A DNA stretch of 64,000 nt from a virus: positions 1 to 64,000 of IMG/VR virus record IMGVR_UViG_3300047284_000516, one strand, 5' to 3'. A program made the translations under genes and the position numbers. The notes below the pieces were generated by a model. That model worked only from the letters and a program-made list of their open reading frames with translations. It did not search any database and had not been told where the DNA came from. This document shows, piece by piece, positions 29,247-38,975 of this stretch (the first letter of the stretch is position 1; every line of letters begins with the position of its first letter).

Positions 29247-29449
29247 AATACAAGAATCGGGTTGGAGATATTGCTGTTCTTAAGAATGGTCGATATGGTG
29301 TCTATAATGGTTTTAATGGCAGATTCCATAGAGTTGTGGAGAGTCAGGGAGACTGGCCATTTCCTATCATTCACTTCCTAGAAACTAATCAGTTTAGTCT
29401 GGTAACAAAATCCAAACTAATAGATGATCTTGAACCAGCCCTCTTTTAG
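29237..29449 (+). CDS. Small hypothetical protein
   Basis: Fills the gap between gp44 and the oxygenase; probable GTG start overlapping the gp44 end. Confidence 0.4.
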   Translation: MAVKYKNRVGDIAVLKNGRYGVYNGFNGRFHRVVESQGDWPFPIIHFLETNQFSLVTKSKLIDDLEPALF

Positions 29450-30011
29450 CTTACATCGTAATGTTGTACATGTTAGATCGTATGAAGAGGATAGCGCTAG
29501 AAGCTTTCTAGAGCGTCATAGAGACGATAACTTTCATCGCAGTCAAATCTATCGTACCGATACTAAAGCGGCTCTTATAGACGATTCTAGAACGTCCAAA
29601 CAAGCTGATATACATCCTAGCGATCAACATATGCAGCGATTGGCTGAGTTAACACGTAAGGTCAACCATAGCATATTTGTAGCTTCTGTTGATCGATATT
29701 GTTTTGAAACTAATTTTCTAAGATACGACAAAGGAGATCAGTTTACTAAACACAATGATATGATCCTTCCCAAGGATCCTTCTAGGATTGATAGGCATCC
29801 AATTAGAAAGCTTACAACTATCCAATTAATCTCGGATCCTGATCAATTCATGGGAGGAGAATTGAGATTCTTCTATGGGGAAGTCAGATTTAGGATGGAG
29901 ATGGGCTTTGCAGATGTGTTTATTTTTCCCTCATATGTCAATCATGTTGTGGAACCTCTTCAATCAGGCACAAGATACAGTATCGTATCTTGGTCACACG
30001 GACGATTCTAA
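29424..30011 (+). CDS. 2OG-Fe(II) oxygenase (PKHD/P4H-like)
   Basis: HND, RKLT, GGELRF, FPSYVNHVVEP, RYSIVSW. Confidence 0.85.
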   Translation: MILNQPSFSLHRNVVHVRSYEEDSARSFLERHRDDNFHRSQIYRTDTKAALIDDSRTSKQADIHPSDQHMQRLAELTRKVNHSIFVASVDRYCFETNFLRYDKGDQFTKHNDMILPKDPSRIDRHPIRKLTTIQLISDPDQFMGGELRFFYGEVRFRMEMGFADVFIFPSYVNHVVEPLQSGTRYSIVSWSHGRF

Positions 30012-30428
30012 ATGAACCCATACGATTTTGTTAAAACCATTAATAATAAATCTTTAGATTTAATGAAGGACAAGCAAGCAGAGCGTCACTATGTGCCGTT
30101 TATTACCAATAGATTTTATTCACTTTTCCCTGAAACGTTAGTATATGCCCAAATACTAAATCAGTATCATACTATTGACAATAAGCTGCAATATCACTTT
30201 TTACTAAATACTGTTCGTCGAGGTAATCGATTTTCTAAGCAAACCAAAAACGAGGTTGACGGTGATATTGAAGTTGTAAAGTTATATTATGGCTACAATA
30301 ATGAAAAGGCCTATCAAGCTCTTCAACTATTAACCAAAAAACAATTAGAACAACTGAGGTTGAAAGTTCAACAGGGTGGGATAAATGGGAATCATAGAAA
30401 CACTAGTGGAAGTCAAATTACAGAATGA
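30012..30428 (+). CDS. gp62: Clamp loader small subunit gp62
   Basis: YVPFITNR, QYHFLLNTV, YYGYNNEKA; precedes regA. Confidence 0.88.
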   Translation: MNPYDFVKTINNKSLDLMKDKQAERHYVPFITNRFYSLFPETLVYAQILNQYHTIDNKLQYHFLLNTVRRGNRFSKQTKNEVDGDIEVVKLYYGYNNEKAYQALQLLTKKQLEQLRLKVQQGGINGNHRNTSGSQITE

Positions 30429-30780
30429 AGATGACTTTTTAAAGATAAGAGAGACACTAACGCGTATTGGTGTACCCTCAAAAAAAGAAAATAAATTATT
30501 TCAGTCTTGCCATATTCTACACAAACAAGGTAAGTATTACATAGTACACTTCAAAGAATTGTTTGCGTTAGATGGTAAACCTTCAAGTCTTTCAGATGAT
30601 GATGTTGCTAGACGAAACACTATTGCAAATTTGCTGGCAGAATGGGGATTACTAATTTTAGTAAAATCCGAGCGTACAGAACAACCAGTGGCTTCATTAT
30701 CACAGATAAAGATTCTTCCATATGGTGAGAAGGATGAATGGGAACTAGTAGCAAAATATAATATAGGAAGAAAACGCTAA
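30385..30780 (+). CDS. regA: Translational repressor RegA
   Basis: DDFLKIRETLTRIG, QSCHILHKQGKYYIVHFKELFALDG. Confidence 0.96.
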   Translation: MGIIETLVEVKLQNEDDFLKIRETLTRIGVPSKKENKLFQSCHILHKQGKYYIVHFKELFALDGKPSSLSDDDVARRNTIANLLAEWGLLILVKSERTEQPVASLSQIKILPYGEKDEWELVAKYNIGRKR

Positions 30781-30823
30781 ATGTCTGTTTGGATTTTTAT
30801 CATGAACCTTTTAGGAGTTAACC

Positions 30824-31357
30824 ATGATAGATCCAATCACAGCACTATCTCTAGCAACAGCCGCATTCAATGGTATCAAGAAAGCTGTTGAGTTAGGTAA
30901 AGAGGTACAAGATGTTTATTCACAACTCAGTCAATGGGCAGGTCACATTGACGATCTCCGAGACGCACTTTCTCAGATAGAGAAACAAGAAGCTCGTCCA
31001 AGCATATTTAAAAAAATTACATTTGAAAAAAGTGCTACGGCAGAAGCATTCGACAAATATGCTGCCGAGCAAAGAATTGTGGAAATGGAGAAAGAAATAT
31101 TTCACATGTTTATCTATGGTGAACTCCAAGACCTTGGTATTGATGGCTATCGACGCTTTAAACAGATGAGAGAAGAGATCAGACAGAAACGTCAAAAGAT
31201 GATTCTTGATCAGATTAGAGCAAAACGAGATTTTGTGGATTCTGTTAAACTGTGGTCTGCAATCGGCTTAGCATTATTGGTAGGGATTACAACCATATGG
31301 ATAACTGTTGATGTGATTCTTGATCATGGGGTACAATCGGGAAAGATAAAGAAATGA
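30824..31357 (+). CDS. Hypothetical protein with C-terminal TM helix
   Basis: MIDPITALSLA..., coiled-coil body, hydrophobic LWSAIGLALLVGITTIWI. Confidence 0.65.
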   Translation: MIDPITALSLATAAFNGIKKAVELGKEVQDVYSQLSQWAGHIDDLRDALSQIEKQEARPSIFKKITFEKSATAEAFDKYAAEQRIVEMEKEIFHMFIYGELQDLGIDGYRRFKQMREEIRQKRQKMILDQIRAKRDFVDSVKLWSAIGLALLVGITTIWITVDVILDHGVQSGKIKK

Positions 31358-31461
31358 AATATGAACAGTTATTTGATATAGGGGTTATGTGGTATATCTT
31401 AATTTGGTTCACCCCATATGCAATGATTCCTCAACCTAAAAAAGGAGAAAGAAAATGCTAG
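31354..31461 (+). CDS. 35-aa hydrophobic peptide (not in ORF track)
   Basis: MKYEQLFDIGVMWYILIWFTPY...; ATGA overlap with the previous stop. Confidence 0.45.
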   Translation: MKYEQLFDIGVMWYILIWFTPYAMIPQPKKGERKC

Positions 31462-31568
31462 AAGCACTTTTTTGGATTTTAATTGGTGCATTTATTGGAT
31501 GGCATGTTCCCCAGCCACTTTGGGCTAAAGCTCTTCAAGAAAAAGCTCTTGCACTTTTCAAAAAGTAA
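31455..31568 (+). CDS. 37-aa membrane peptide (not in ORF track)
   Basis: MLEALFWILIGAFIGWHVPQPLWAK...; AAGGAG SD; TAATG junction with the dCMP deaminase gene. Confidence 0.6.
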   Translation: MLEALFWILIGAFIGWHVPQPLWAKALQEKALALFKK

Positions 31569-32008
31569 TGGAAAAGTGGAATAACAGATTTATTGATTTG
31601 GCCCACCACATATCGGCTTGGTCTAAAGATCCACGTACGAAGGTAGGTGCGGTTGTGGTCAATGACTTAAGACAGGTTGTTGGTCTTGGTTATAATGGGT
31701 TTCCCCGAGGTGTAGAAGATACGGAAGAACGCTATAACGATAGAGTTACCAAATTACTTTTTGTAGCTCATGCAGAACAAAATGCCTTGGACAGTTGCTA
31801 CGGAGAGACAAAAGGAGGTACACTATACTCTACCCTATTTCCTTGTTGTAATTGTGCTAAAAGCATCATTCAACGTGGGATTAAAAAAGTGGTAACTTAT
31901 CCTATTGATCAGGATAAAACAGATACACACCATTTTGGAGTATCTTTAATGATGTTTGAAGAAGCAGGAGTTCATGTTGAGTATGTGGAAGATGCCAGTA
32001 ACATTTAA
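31568..32008 (+). CDS. cd: dCMP deaminase
   Basis: SKDPRTKVGAV, GYNGFPRG, HAEQNA, PCCNC. Confidence 0.93.
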   Translation: MEKWNNRFIDLAHHISAWSKDPRTKVGAVVVNDLRQVVGLGYNGFPRGVEDTEERYNDRVTKLLFVAHAEQNALDSCYGETKGGTLYSTLFPCCNCAKSIIQRGIKKVVTYPIDQDKTDTHHFGVSLMMFEEAGVHVEYVEDASNI

Positions 32009-32174
32009 TCAAGATGGTAGCATTGTGGTTTTTAACAGAAATGATCAATGTGTGGGAATGGGAGAATATCTCGATCAAAAATTTGTTTTGATTGAGGAAG
32101 GTGAAGTTAAGAATTTTGCTAATGCAGTGCAAGCTTTTTCATATTTGAATACTAAATATCGTACAGCGGCATGA
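31992..32174 (+). CDS. Small hypothetical protein
   Basis: MPVTFNQDG...; fills the gap before the hsp20 leader. Confidence 0.45.
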   Translation: MPVTFNQDGSIVVFNRNDQCVGMGEYLDQKFVLIEEGEVKNFANAVQAFSYLNTKYRTAA

Positions 32175-32233
32175 GCTGCTAACCTATGCCTTCGGGGTAG
32201 GTCTTTTAAACTCGCTTAATTAAGGAGCACAAA
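32164..32233 (+). promoter_or_regulatory. Structured 5' leader of hsp20, ROSE-like RNA thermometer candidate
   Basis: Three hairpins; the last (CTC-G-CTTA/TAAG-GAG) pairs a UCGCU motif with the SD. Confidence 0.6.
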
Positions 32234-32758
32234 ATGACATATATTAAAGATGTGTTTGGCCGAGATTTGTTCAAAGATTTTGATCGTTTTTATGTTGGTT
32301 TCGATGATCAGTTTAATCGCCTAGCTAAAATGCATGACGATATTGCCAAAAATATTCCCAACTATCCTCCATACAATATCAAGAAGACTGACGATAACAA
32401 ATACACAATTGAGCTTGCGGTTGCTGGTTTCGCAAAGTCGAACATTGATATCTCCTTCGAAGATGATAAGCTAATCGTCAAAGGATTTACAACTGACGAT
32501 GATCAAGCTGGTAAAAATTACCTGTATCAAGGAATTGCTAACCGAGCATTTACAAGAATGTTTGCGCTCAATGATCAGGTTGAGGTTCAGAGTGCTGAGC
32601 TCGTAAATGGTATGCTTAAGATTTTTCTGGAGCGCATTATTCCAGAGCACAAAAAGCCAAAGAAAATTGAAGTTAGTGATGAGCCATCCACGGTTTCTTC
32701 CTATGCAGCTAACAACAAAACGCTGTTGATGGAGGATCAAGATGTTGAGCACAATTAG
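32234..32758 (+). CDS. Small heat-shock protein Hsp20 (IbpA-like)
   Basis: NYPPYNI, IELAVAGF, GIANRAFTRMF, NGMLKIFLERIIPE. Confidence 0.95.
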   Translation: MTYIKDVFGRDLFKDFDRFYVGFDDQFNRLAKMHDDIAKNIPNYPPYNIKKTDDNKYTIELAVAGFAKSNIDISFEDDKLIVKGFTTDDDQAGKNYLYQGIANRAFTRMFALNDQVEVQSAELVNGMLKIFLERIIPEHKKPKKIEVSDEPSTVSSYAANNKTLLMEDQDVEHN

Positions 32759-32846
32759 GATTTTCTTCAATAATTTGTTAGAAGCTATACAAGAAGCACA
32801 GCTACAACGTGCTAAGCATTTAATAAAATATCATCATTGGGAGTAA
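32742..32846 (+). CDS. 34-aa hypothetical peptide (not in ORF track)
   Basis: GGAGG SD 6 nt before ATG; MLSTIRIFFNNLLEAIQEAQ... Confidence 0.45.
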   Translation: MLSTIRIFFNNLLEAIQEAQLQRAKHLIKYHHWE

Positions 32847-32873
32847 TATAGGGCGGCCATGTGCCGCCTTATA
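32847..32873 (+). terminator. GC-rich hairpin (terminator or processing signal)
   Basis: TATAGGGCGGC-catgt-GCCGCCTTATA; no long U-tail. Confidence 0.45.
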
Positions 32874-32903
32874 CATACCTGGGTTGCATAAAAAGGAGCC
32901 CGT

Positions 32904-33518
32904 ATGTACACTTTAGAATTATTTCAACAACTTTTTCCTAAGACAAATGTGGAGACTTTAGAAACATTTGTTGGTCCACTCAATGACACTGCAAACAACT
33001 ATGAGATAAGTGAGAGCCCTCTAAGAGAGGCAGCGTTTATCGCTCAGGTTGGTCACGAGTCTGGGGATCTCAGATTTACCAAAGAAAATTTAAATTATTC
33101 AGCGGAATCATTAATGAAGGTGTTCCGCAAATACTTCAATCCACAACTCGCAGCACAGTATGCAAGAAATCCTGAAATGATTGCCAATCGTGTATATGGT
33201 AATCGTATGGGTAATGGTCCTGAAGAATCGGGCGATGGATGGAAGTATAGAGGTCGAGGTCTAATACAGCTAACTGGTAAAAATAATTATTCCCGTTTAG
33301 CTAGTGCTTGGGAACTCGAGATGGATATCCTAATAGATTACTTGGAAACCCCATTTGGAGCAGCTATGAGTGCTGGCTGGTTTTGGGATACAAATAAATT
33401 AAACAGAATTGCAGATAGTCAGGACTTTGTACTGTTGACAAAACGCATTAATGGTGGTACTATAGGCTTAGAGCATAGACAAAAGCTGTATGACAAAGCT
33501 ATGTCACTACTGACATAA
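32904..33518 (+). CDS. Glycoside hydrolase family 19 endolysin
   Basis: FIAQVGHES, ENLNYS, YRGRGLIQLTGKNNY, TKRINGG. Confidence 0.92.
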   Translation: MYTLELFQQLFPKTNVETLETFVGPLNDTANNYEISESPLREAAFIAQVGHESGDLRFTKENLNYSAESLMKVFRKYFNPQLAAQYARNPEMIANRVYGNRMGNGPEESGDGWKYRGRGLIQLTGKNNYSRLASAWELEMDILIDYLETPFGAAMSAGWFWDTNKLNRIADSQDFVLLTKRINGGTIGLEHRQKLYDKAMSLLT

Positions 33519-33534
33519 TATATTATGGAGTTTT

Positions 33535-36117
33535 ATGAGATTTTATACAACCGTACAGCAGTATGGTAACAATATCTTTGTTCGTGGATATGAGCACGGT
33601 AAACGGTTTCAGCGAAAGATCCCCTACCAGCCGTACTTATTTGTAAGAGGTGGCAATTCCGTCAAGAGCGAGTTTAAAACCCTTGATGGTCACTTTGTTA
33701 GTAAGATTCAATTTGAAGATATTGACAGTGCAAGACGATATGTAAAGAATTATGAAGACGTGGAAGGCCATACAATATATGGTCTCGATCGTTGGATATA
33801 TCCGTTTATCAACGATTTCTATCCAGGTAAGATTGAATATGATGCGTCTCTGATCTCCGTCCTTTCAATAGACATTGAGACAGATTCGGAGAGTGGATTC
33901 CCCAATATTGAGACGGCCGATAAAGCTATTATTTCGATTGCTATGAAGTGTCGAGGTAATATGACGGTATTGGGTTTGAAACCATACACTGCTACCGATG
34001 ATGTTGAATACATTCATTGTTCCACCGAACAAGTGCTCCTTGAGAAGTTTCTAGAGCTTTGGAATTCAGAGAAATATTCACCTGATATTGTTACGGGTTG
34101 GAACGTAGAGTTTTTCGATATGCCTTATATCGTTAACCGTATTCGTCGCATACTTAGTGACAAGCACGTCAAAATGCTCTCACCATACAACATCATGGTT
34201 GTAAGGAAGTTTAGCATTGCTGGTCGAGATTACGAAAACGAACATCCTGTGGGGATCAATGTCCTTGACTATCTAAGTCTCTACAAAAAGTTTACATTTG
34301 CGCAGCAAGAGAGCTTTAAACTAGATCATATTGCATTTATCGAGCTTGGGGAAAAGAAGTTGGATTACTACTCCCTTGGATATGAAAGTCTAGATGATCT
34401 ATACAAACGAGATCACCAAACGTTTATTGATTATAACATACGAGATGTCTTGCTTGTGGATAAGCTTGACAAGAAACTTGGCTTGTTGGACCAAGTGTAT
34501 GCCCTAGCTTATGATGGTAAAGTTAACATGATTGATACACTGACTACAGTAACAATGTGGGATGTTATCATTCACAACTATCTCCTCACCCAAGGGACAG
34601 TAATTCCGATGCCCAAACGAAGTGAGAAGAAACGTAAGATCGAGGGAGCATATGTTAAAGATCCTCAGGTGGGTAAGCATGATTGGGTAGTATCATTTGA
34701 CCTTAACAGTCTTTACCCTCATCTCATCATGCAATACAATATTAGTCCTGACACTCTAGTGCATCAGATTGATCGATATGCTAATGTTGAGGCACTGGAT
34801 GAGCAAGGTGAGCTTACAGACTTCAGAATCACTGATAGTATTGGTATGTTTATTGAGGATCGGGAACTGGATAAGGAAACCATAAGAAAGTTTCTTGCTG
34901 ACAACAATTGCACCATTACTCCCACAGGCTGTTTGTTCACAAAAGAAAAGCAAGGATTTCTACCAAAGCTGATGGAAGCCATGTATGAAGATCGATCAGC
35001 TTGGAAAAAGAAGATGATTGAAGCCAAGAAGCAATATGAGGTGACTCCTTCTGCTGCTCTGGAATCAGAGATTGCACGATGCCACAATATGCAGCTTGCA
35101 AAGAAGATTCAGCTGAATAGTGCTTATGGTGCTTTGGGTAACAACTTCTTTCGGTGGTTTGATCCACGTATTGCTGAGTCGATTACTAAAGCAGGCCAGC
35201 TATCCATCCGATGGATAGAAAAGAAGATGAACTTATATTTAAACAATCTTCTTAAAACAGAGTCAGTCGATTATGTCATTGCATGTGATACGGACTCCAT
35301 GTATCTGAACCTCGGTCCTTTGGTAACAAAGTTTATTGGGGATCTACCTGTTGAGAAGATTGTACCAAAGCTCGATAAGGTCTGTAGTGAAAAGTTTGAA
35401 CCTTTCATTGACAAGTGCTATGAAGAACTTGCGGAATATGTAAATGCATATGCACAGAAAATGAAGATGAAGCGAGAGGCGATCGCCAATAAGGGGATCT
35501 GGACAGGTAAAAAGCATTACATCCTTAATGTGTGGAATAATGAGGGTGTTGCATATAAGGAGCCTAAACTAAAGATGATGGGCATTGAAGCTGTTAAGAG
35601 CTCCACTCCTCCAGCTTGTAAGGAAAGCATTAAAGAAGCACTTGGTATTATTATGAATCAGAACCAAGATGACTTGATCGAGTATATCGAAAACCTTAGA
35701 TGTAAGTTCAACACACTACCCTTCGAAGAGATTGCCTTTCCTCGAAGCGTGAAAGAGATGAATAAGTATTATGATCCTGCGATGGGATACAAGAAGATTA
35801 GTAGATCTGGAGTGCCTATCCATGTTCGTGGAGCGTTGGTTTTCAACCATATGATTATGAAGCGCAAACTCCAACATCTTCATCAGCTGATCGGAGATGG
35901 TGATAAAATTAGATACTGCTACTTACTAGTACCCAATCATCTCCAAGAAAACGTTATTGCGACACCAGGTAAGCTGCCCACAGAACTAAACTTGAATCAA
36001 TTTATAGACTATGATCAGCAGTTTCAGAAAGGATTCTTGGAACCCATTAACGCCATTGCTCAGGTTATTGGTTGGCAGACTGAACGAAGAGCATCATTAG
36101 AAGACTTTTTTGCATAG
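33535..36117 (+). CDS. gp43: Family B DNA polymerase gp43
   Basis: Exonuclease DIETD; polymerase SFDLNSLYP, KIQLNSAYG, DTDS; C-terminal clamp motif SLEDFF. Confidence 0.98.
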   Translation: MRFYTTVQQYGNNIFVRGYEHGKRFQRKIPYQPYLFVRGGNSVKSEFKTLDGHFVSKIQFEDIDSARRYVKNYEDVEGHTIYGLDRWIYPFINDFYPGKIEYDASLISVLSIDIETDSESGFPNIETADKAIISIAMKCRGNMTVLGLKPYTATDDVEYIHCSTEQVLLEKFLELWNSEKYSPDIVTGWNVEFFDMPYIVNRIRRILSDKHVKMLSPYNIMVVRKFSIAGRDYENEHPVGINVLDYLSLYKKFTFAQQESFKLDHIAFIELGEKKLDYYSLGYESLDDLYKRDHQTFIDYNIRDVLLVDKLDKKLGLLDQVYALAYDGKVNMIDTLTTVTMWDVIIHNYLLTQGTVIPMPKRSEKKRKIEGAYVKDPQVGKHDWVVSFDLNSLYPHLIMQYNISPDTLVHQIDRYANVEALDEQGELTDFRITDSIGMFIEDRELDKETIRKFLADNNCTITPTGCLFTKEKQGFLPKLMEAMYEDRSAWKKKMIEAKKQYEVTPSAALESEIARCHNMQLAKKIQLNSAYGALGNNFFRWFDPRIAESITKAGQLSIRWIEKKMNLYLNNLLKTESVDYVIACDTDSMYLNLGPLVTKFIGDLPVEKIVPKLDKVCSEKFEPFIDKCYEELAEYVNAYAQKMKMKREAIANKGIWTGKKHYILNVWNNEGVAYKEPKLKMMGIEAVKSSTPPACKESIKEALGIIMNQNQDDLIEYIENLRCKFNTLPFEEIAFPRSVKEMNKYYDPAMGYKKISRSGVPIHVRGALVFNHMIMKRKLQHLHQLIGDGDKIRYCYLLVPNHLQENVIATPGKLPTELNLNQFIDYDQQFQKGFLEPINAIAQVIGWQTERRASLEDFFA

Positions 36118-36126
36118 GAGAAATAA

Positions 36127-36399
36127 ATGGCTTTTGAGATTAGCGACGATGATTTTGGATTCTCGGCAGTAAGTGAGGATGAGCTTAAACAGCTCGAGCG
36201 AGAGCTTCAACAAGTTGCAGAAAAAAACAGTGAAACAGCAATGGTAGCAGAAAGTAAACTGGATGCAATCTACAAAGCAGTTATCCCGCTTCTGAATAAC
36301 CTAATGAAGAATCCGGAAAAGGAATACATCTATTGGCCAGACCGCCAAGTCAAAGTGAAGGCCTTCATGGAAAAACTGGAGAAAATATACAACTCATGA
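36127..36399 (+). CDS. Hypothetical protein
   Basis: DDFGFSAVSEDEL...PLLNNLMKNPEKEYIYWPDR; AGGAG SD. Confidence 0.65.
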   Translation: MAFEISDDDFGFSAVSEDELKQLERELQQVAEKNSETAMVAESKLDAIYKAVIPLLNNLMKNPEKEYIYWPDRQVKVKAFMEKLEKIYNS

Positions 36400-37232
36400 A
36401 ATACGTAGCCTTTGTTTCTGGAATATCTCTCTCTGCTGTAGCTGCTTTTTATTCGGTCCTTGGTCTCACAAGTATCTTTGCAGGAGCATTTTGGGCAGTG
36501 GTGGTAATGGGAGCAACACTAGAAGTATCAAAAGTAGTGGCAACATCATGGCTGTTTCGTAACTGGTCAAAGGCATCTAAGTGGCTTAGAAATTATCTTA
36601 TGGGAGCAGTGATTGTTCTGTCCCTAATTACCTCTCTCGGTATCTTTGGGTTTCTCTCAAAGGCTCATAGCAATCAAACTATGTTGACGTCGGATCAGTA
36701 TGGACAGATACTGATTCTTGACGAGCAAATTCTCATAGCAAAGGACGATATTGAACGCACAAAGAAAGCACTTAGACAGTTAGATGTTAATGTGGAGCAA
36801 TTACAGACAAAGGGACCTGAGTTCGCTGATCAGGCAAATAAATTGCAGTTATCTCAGCGTCGGCAACAGACCGGTCTTGTTAACAATTTAAAGCAATCTC
36901 AATCCAGTTTGATAGATTTACAAAAGCAGCGTGCTTTGCTAAAAAGTGATGTAAAAGGTATAGAAGCTGAGGTTGGACCAATAAAATATATTGCAAGTTT
37001 TATTTACGGGGAAACAAGCCAAGATGTGTTGGAAAAGTCTGTAACATGGCTTATAATCATTATCATATTTGTCTTTGATCCTATGGCTCTTGCTTTGATC
37101 ATGATTTCCAATATGAAAACCACCAAAACATACTATAAACGAAAGACAGGTATTATTAATAAAGTTAAGAAAACGATAGCAAAGAAGAAGAATGTTGTTG
37201 AGGTAGGTAAAAATTCTATTATGAGGATGTAA
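36396..37232 (+). CDS. Multi-pass membrane protein with coiled coil
   Basis: Three N-terminal hydrophobic helices, [10 protein letters not shown], heptad region, [10 protein letters not shown]-terminal TM; start reassigned to MKYVAF. Confidence 0.7.
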   Translation: MKYVAFVSGISLSAVAAFYSVLGLTSIFAGAFWAVVVMGATLEVSKVVATSWLFRNWSKASKWLRNYLMGAVIVLSLITSLGIFGFLSKAHSNQTMLTSDQYGQILILDEQILIAKDDIERTKKALRQLDVNVEQLQTKGPEFADQANKLQLSQRRQQTGLVNNLKQSQSSLIDLQKQRALLKSDVKGIEAEVGPIKYIASFIYGETSQDVLEKSVTWLIIIIIFVFDPMALALIMISNMKTTKTYYKRKTGIINKVKKTIAKKKNVVEVGKNSIMRM

Positions 37233-37233
37233 C

Positions 37234-38256
37234 ATGACCGACTTTTTTAGAGATATAGTAAAAGAAATTAAAGATGAAAACACTTCTATAGTGGCAGATG
37301 GAGAATCAAGTGCTGAATTTACTGGGTTTATCGACACAGGATCTTATATCCTTAATGCTGTTCTTAGTGGATCTATTTACGGTGGAGTCCCTAATAATAA
37401 AATCACTGCTTTTGCTGGGGAGTCTGCTACTGGTAAAACGTTTTTTGTTCTAGGAATTGTTAAACAATTTCTAATAGACAATCCTACCGGAGGAGTAATT
37501 TATTACGATACGGAGGCTGCAGTTACAAAAGAGATGATGGAGAAGAGAGATATTGATACCCGAAGGGTAATTGTGGCAGAACCTGATACGATTCAGAAGT
37601 TTAAGACCCATGCTCTAAAGGTATTGGAAGCATATCAAAAAAAGCCAAAAGAACAGCGACCTCCGATGTTAATGGTACTTGATAGTCTAGGACTTCTCTC
37701 CTCTGCAAAGGAAATGGAGGATAGTCTGGATGGTAAGGATGTGCGAGACATGACAAAGTCTCAGTTGATTAAAGGGGTTTTCAGGGTACTAACTCTCAAA
37801 CTTGCGCAGGTACAAGTTCCAATGCTTGTTACCAATCACGTGTATGAGTTGGTAGGTTCATATGTTCCAACAAAAGAAATGGGTGGAGGATCAGGGTTAA
37901 AATATGCTGCCAGTACTATTGCTTTCCTCAGCAAAAAGAAGGAAAAGGATGGGGATGGAGACGTTATCGGAAATATCGTCAAAGTCAAAATGCACAAGTC
38001 CAGACTCTCTAGGGAAAACCAAGACGTCAGTGTGTTACTTACTTATGAAAAAGGCCTCGACCGATACTACGGTCTCCTCGACCTAGCAGAAAAATATAGT
38101 ATCTTTAAAAAGGTCTCGACGAGATATGAACTTCCGGATGGTAAAACAGCCTTTGGTAAGCAGATTAATGCTGATCCAGAAAAGTATTTTACTGAGGAGG
38201 TGATGAAGAAATTGGACGAAGCAGCTAAACAAGAATTCAGTTATGGAGGTAGTTAA
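37234..38256 (+). CDS. uvsX: RecA-like recombinase UvsX
   Basis: [30 protein letters not shown]. Confidence 0.95.
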   Translation: MTDFFRDIVKEIKDENTSIVADGESSAEFTGFIDTGSYILNAVLSGSIYGGVPNNKITAFAGESATGKTFFVLGIVKQFLIDNPTGGVIYYDTEAAVTKEMMEKRDIDTRRVIVAEPDTIQKFKTHALKVLEAYQKKPKEQRPPMLMVLDSLGLLSSAKEMEDSLDGKDVRDMTKSQLIKGVFRVLTLKLAQVQVPMLVTNHVYELVGSYVPTKEMGGGSGLKYAASTIAFLSKKKEKDGDGDVIGNIVKVKMHKSRLSRENQDVSVLLTYEKGLDRYYGLLDLAEKYSIFKKVSTRYELPDGKTAFGKQINADPEKYFTEEVMKKLDEAAKQEFSYGGS

Positions 38257-38975
38257 TGGTACGTAAAACTGTGAAAAGAGAGTTGTCTCCTGGTACGGTG
38301 GTGGAGGAGGTTCTTCCTGCGGGTACAGAGATTACTGGGGAACAATCTAGTAAGGTTGTTCAATTTGATGGACTGTTTCCAACCTTGTTTGGAGAGATCA
38401 AGGTAAATGAGATTAATCTGCAAGCAATGGGGAAGGATATTCTAGCTTTAGCAGACGGTAAAGAAAACTATCAAGGAGGATGGACTTCATTCTTCGATCA
38501 GACAGATATCAGTGGGGTTACTGGTATGAATCTGCTCGCACAAATAGTTCTTGGAGTTGCTGCAGCTATGGTCAGGGAACAGAAAATTGCGGCAGATCTT
38601 GAAAAACCCAGTCTTCAAATGTGGGCTAGTGTGATTCGCAAAGATGGTTTTCATGGTATTCATAACCATGCGGGAAGTGTGGTATCGGGGACTTTTTATG
38701 TTAAGGTTGATGAGAACTCCTCTCCAATTACTTTCATGAATCCTACCCGCAATCTTCGCATGCATGAGCCAAAACCTAGAAGCAGAGAGGACCTCGGTCC
38801 CTTTAATAGTGAGATTGCTGTTATGCAACCTACACCAGGTCAAATGTATGTTTGGCCATCTTGGTTAGAGCATTTTGTGGACAAGCATCGTGGATCTGAA
38901 CCACGTATTGCAGTATCATTTAATGTTGACTATCCATGGGACGTAGGTAATGCTGACCAAACAGATTCTCAGTAA
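38256..38975 (+). CDS. Putative 2OG-Fe(II) oxygenase (TIGR02466-like)
   Basis: HGIHNH, SGTFYV, WPSWLEHFV, RIAVSFN. Confidence 0.8.
   Translation: MVRKTVKRELSPGTVVEEVLPAGTEITGEQSSKVVQFDGLFPTLFGEIKVNEINLQAMGKDILALADGKENYQGGWTSFFDQTDISGVTGMNLLAQIVLGVAAAMVREQKIAADLEKPSLQMWASVIRKDGFHGIHNHAGSVVSGTFYVKVDENSSPITFMNPTRNLRMHEPKPRSREDLGPFNSEIAVMQPTPGQMYVWPSWLEHFVDKHRGSEPRIAVSFNVDYPWDVGNADQTDSQ

Noticed and set aside
33535-36117. Intein, intron or specialised polymerase signature in gp43
   Set aside because: Continuous ORF of ordinary length with standard motifs; nothing visible to support altered base selectivity. No inteins seen in gp17 or gp41 either.
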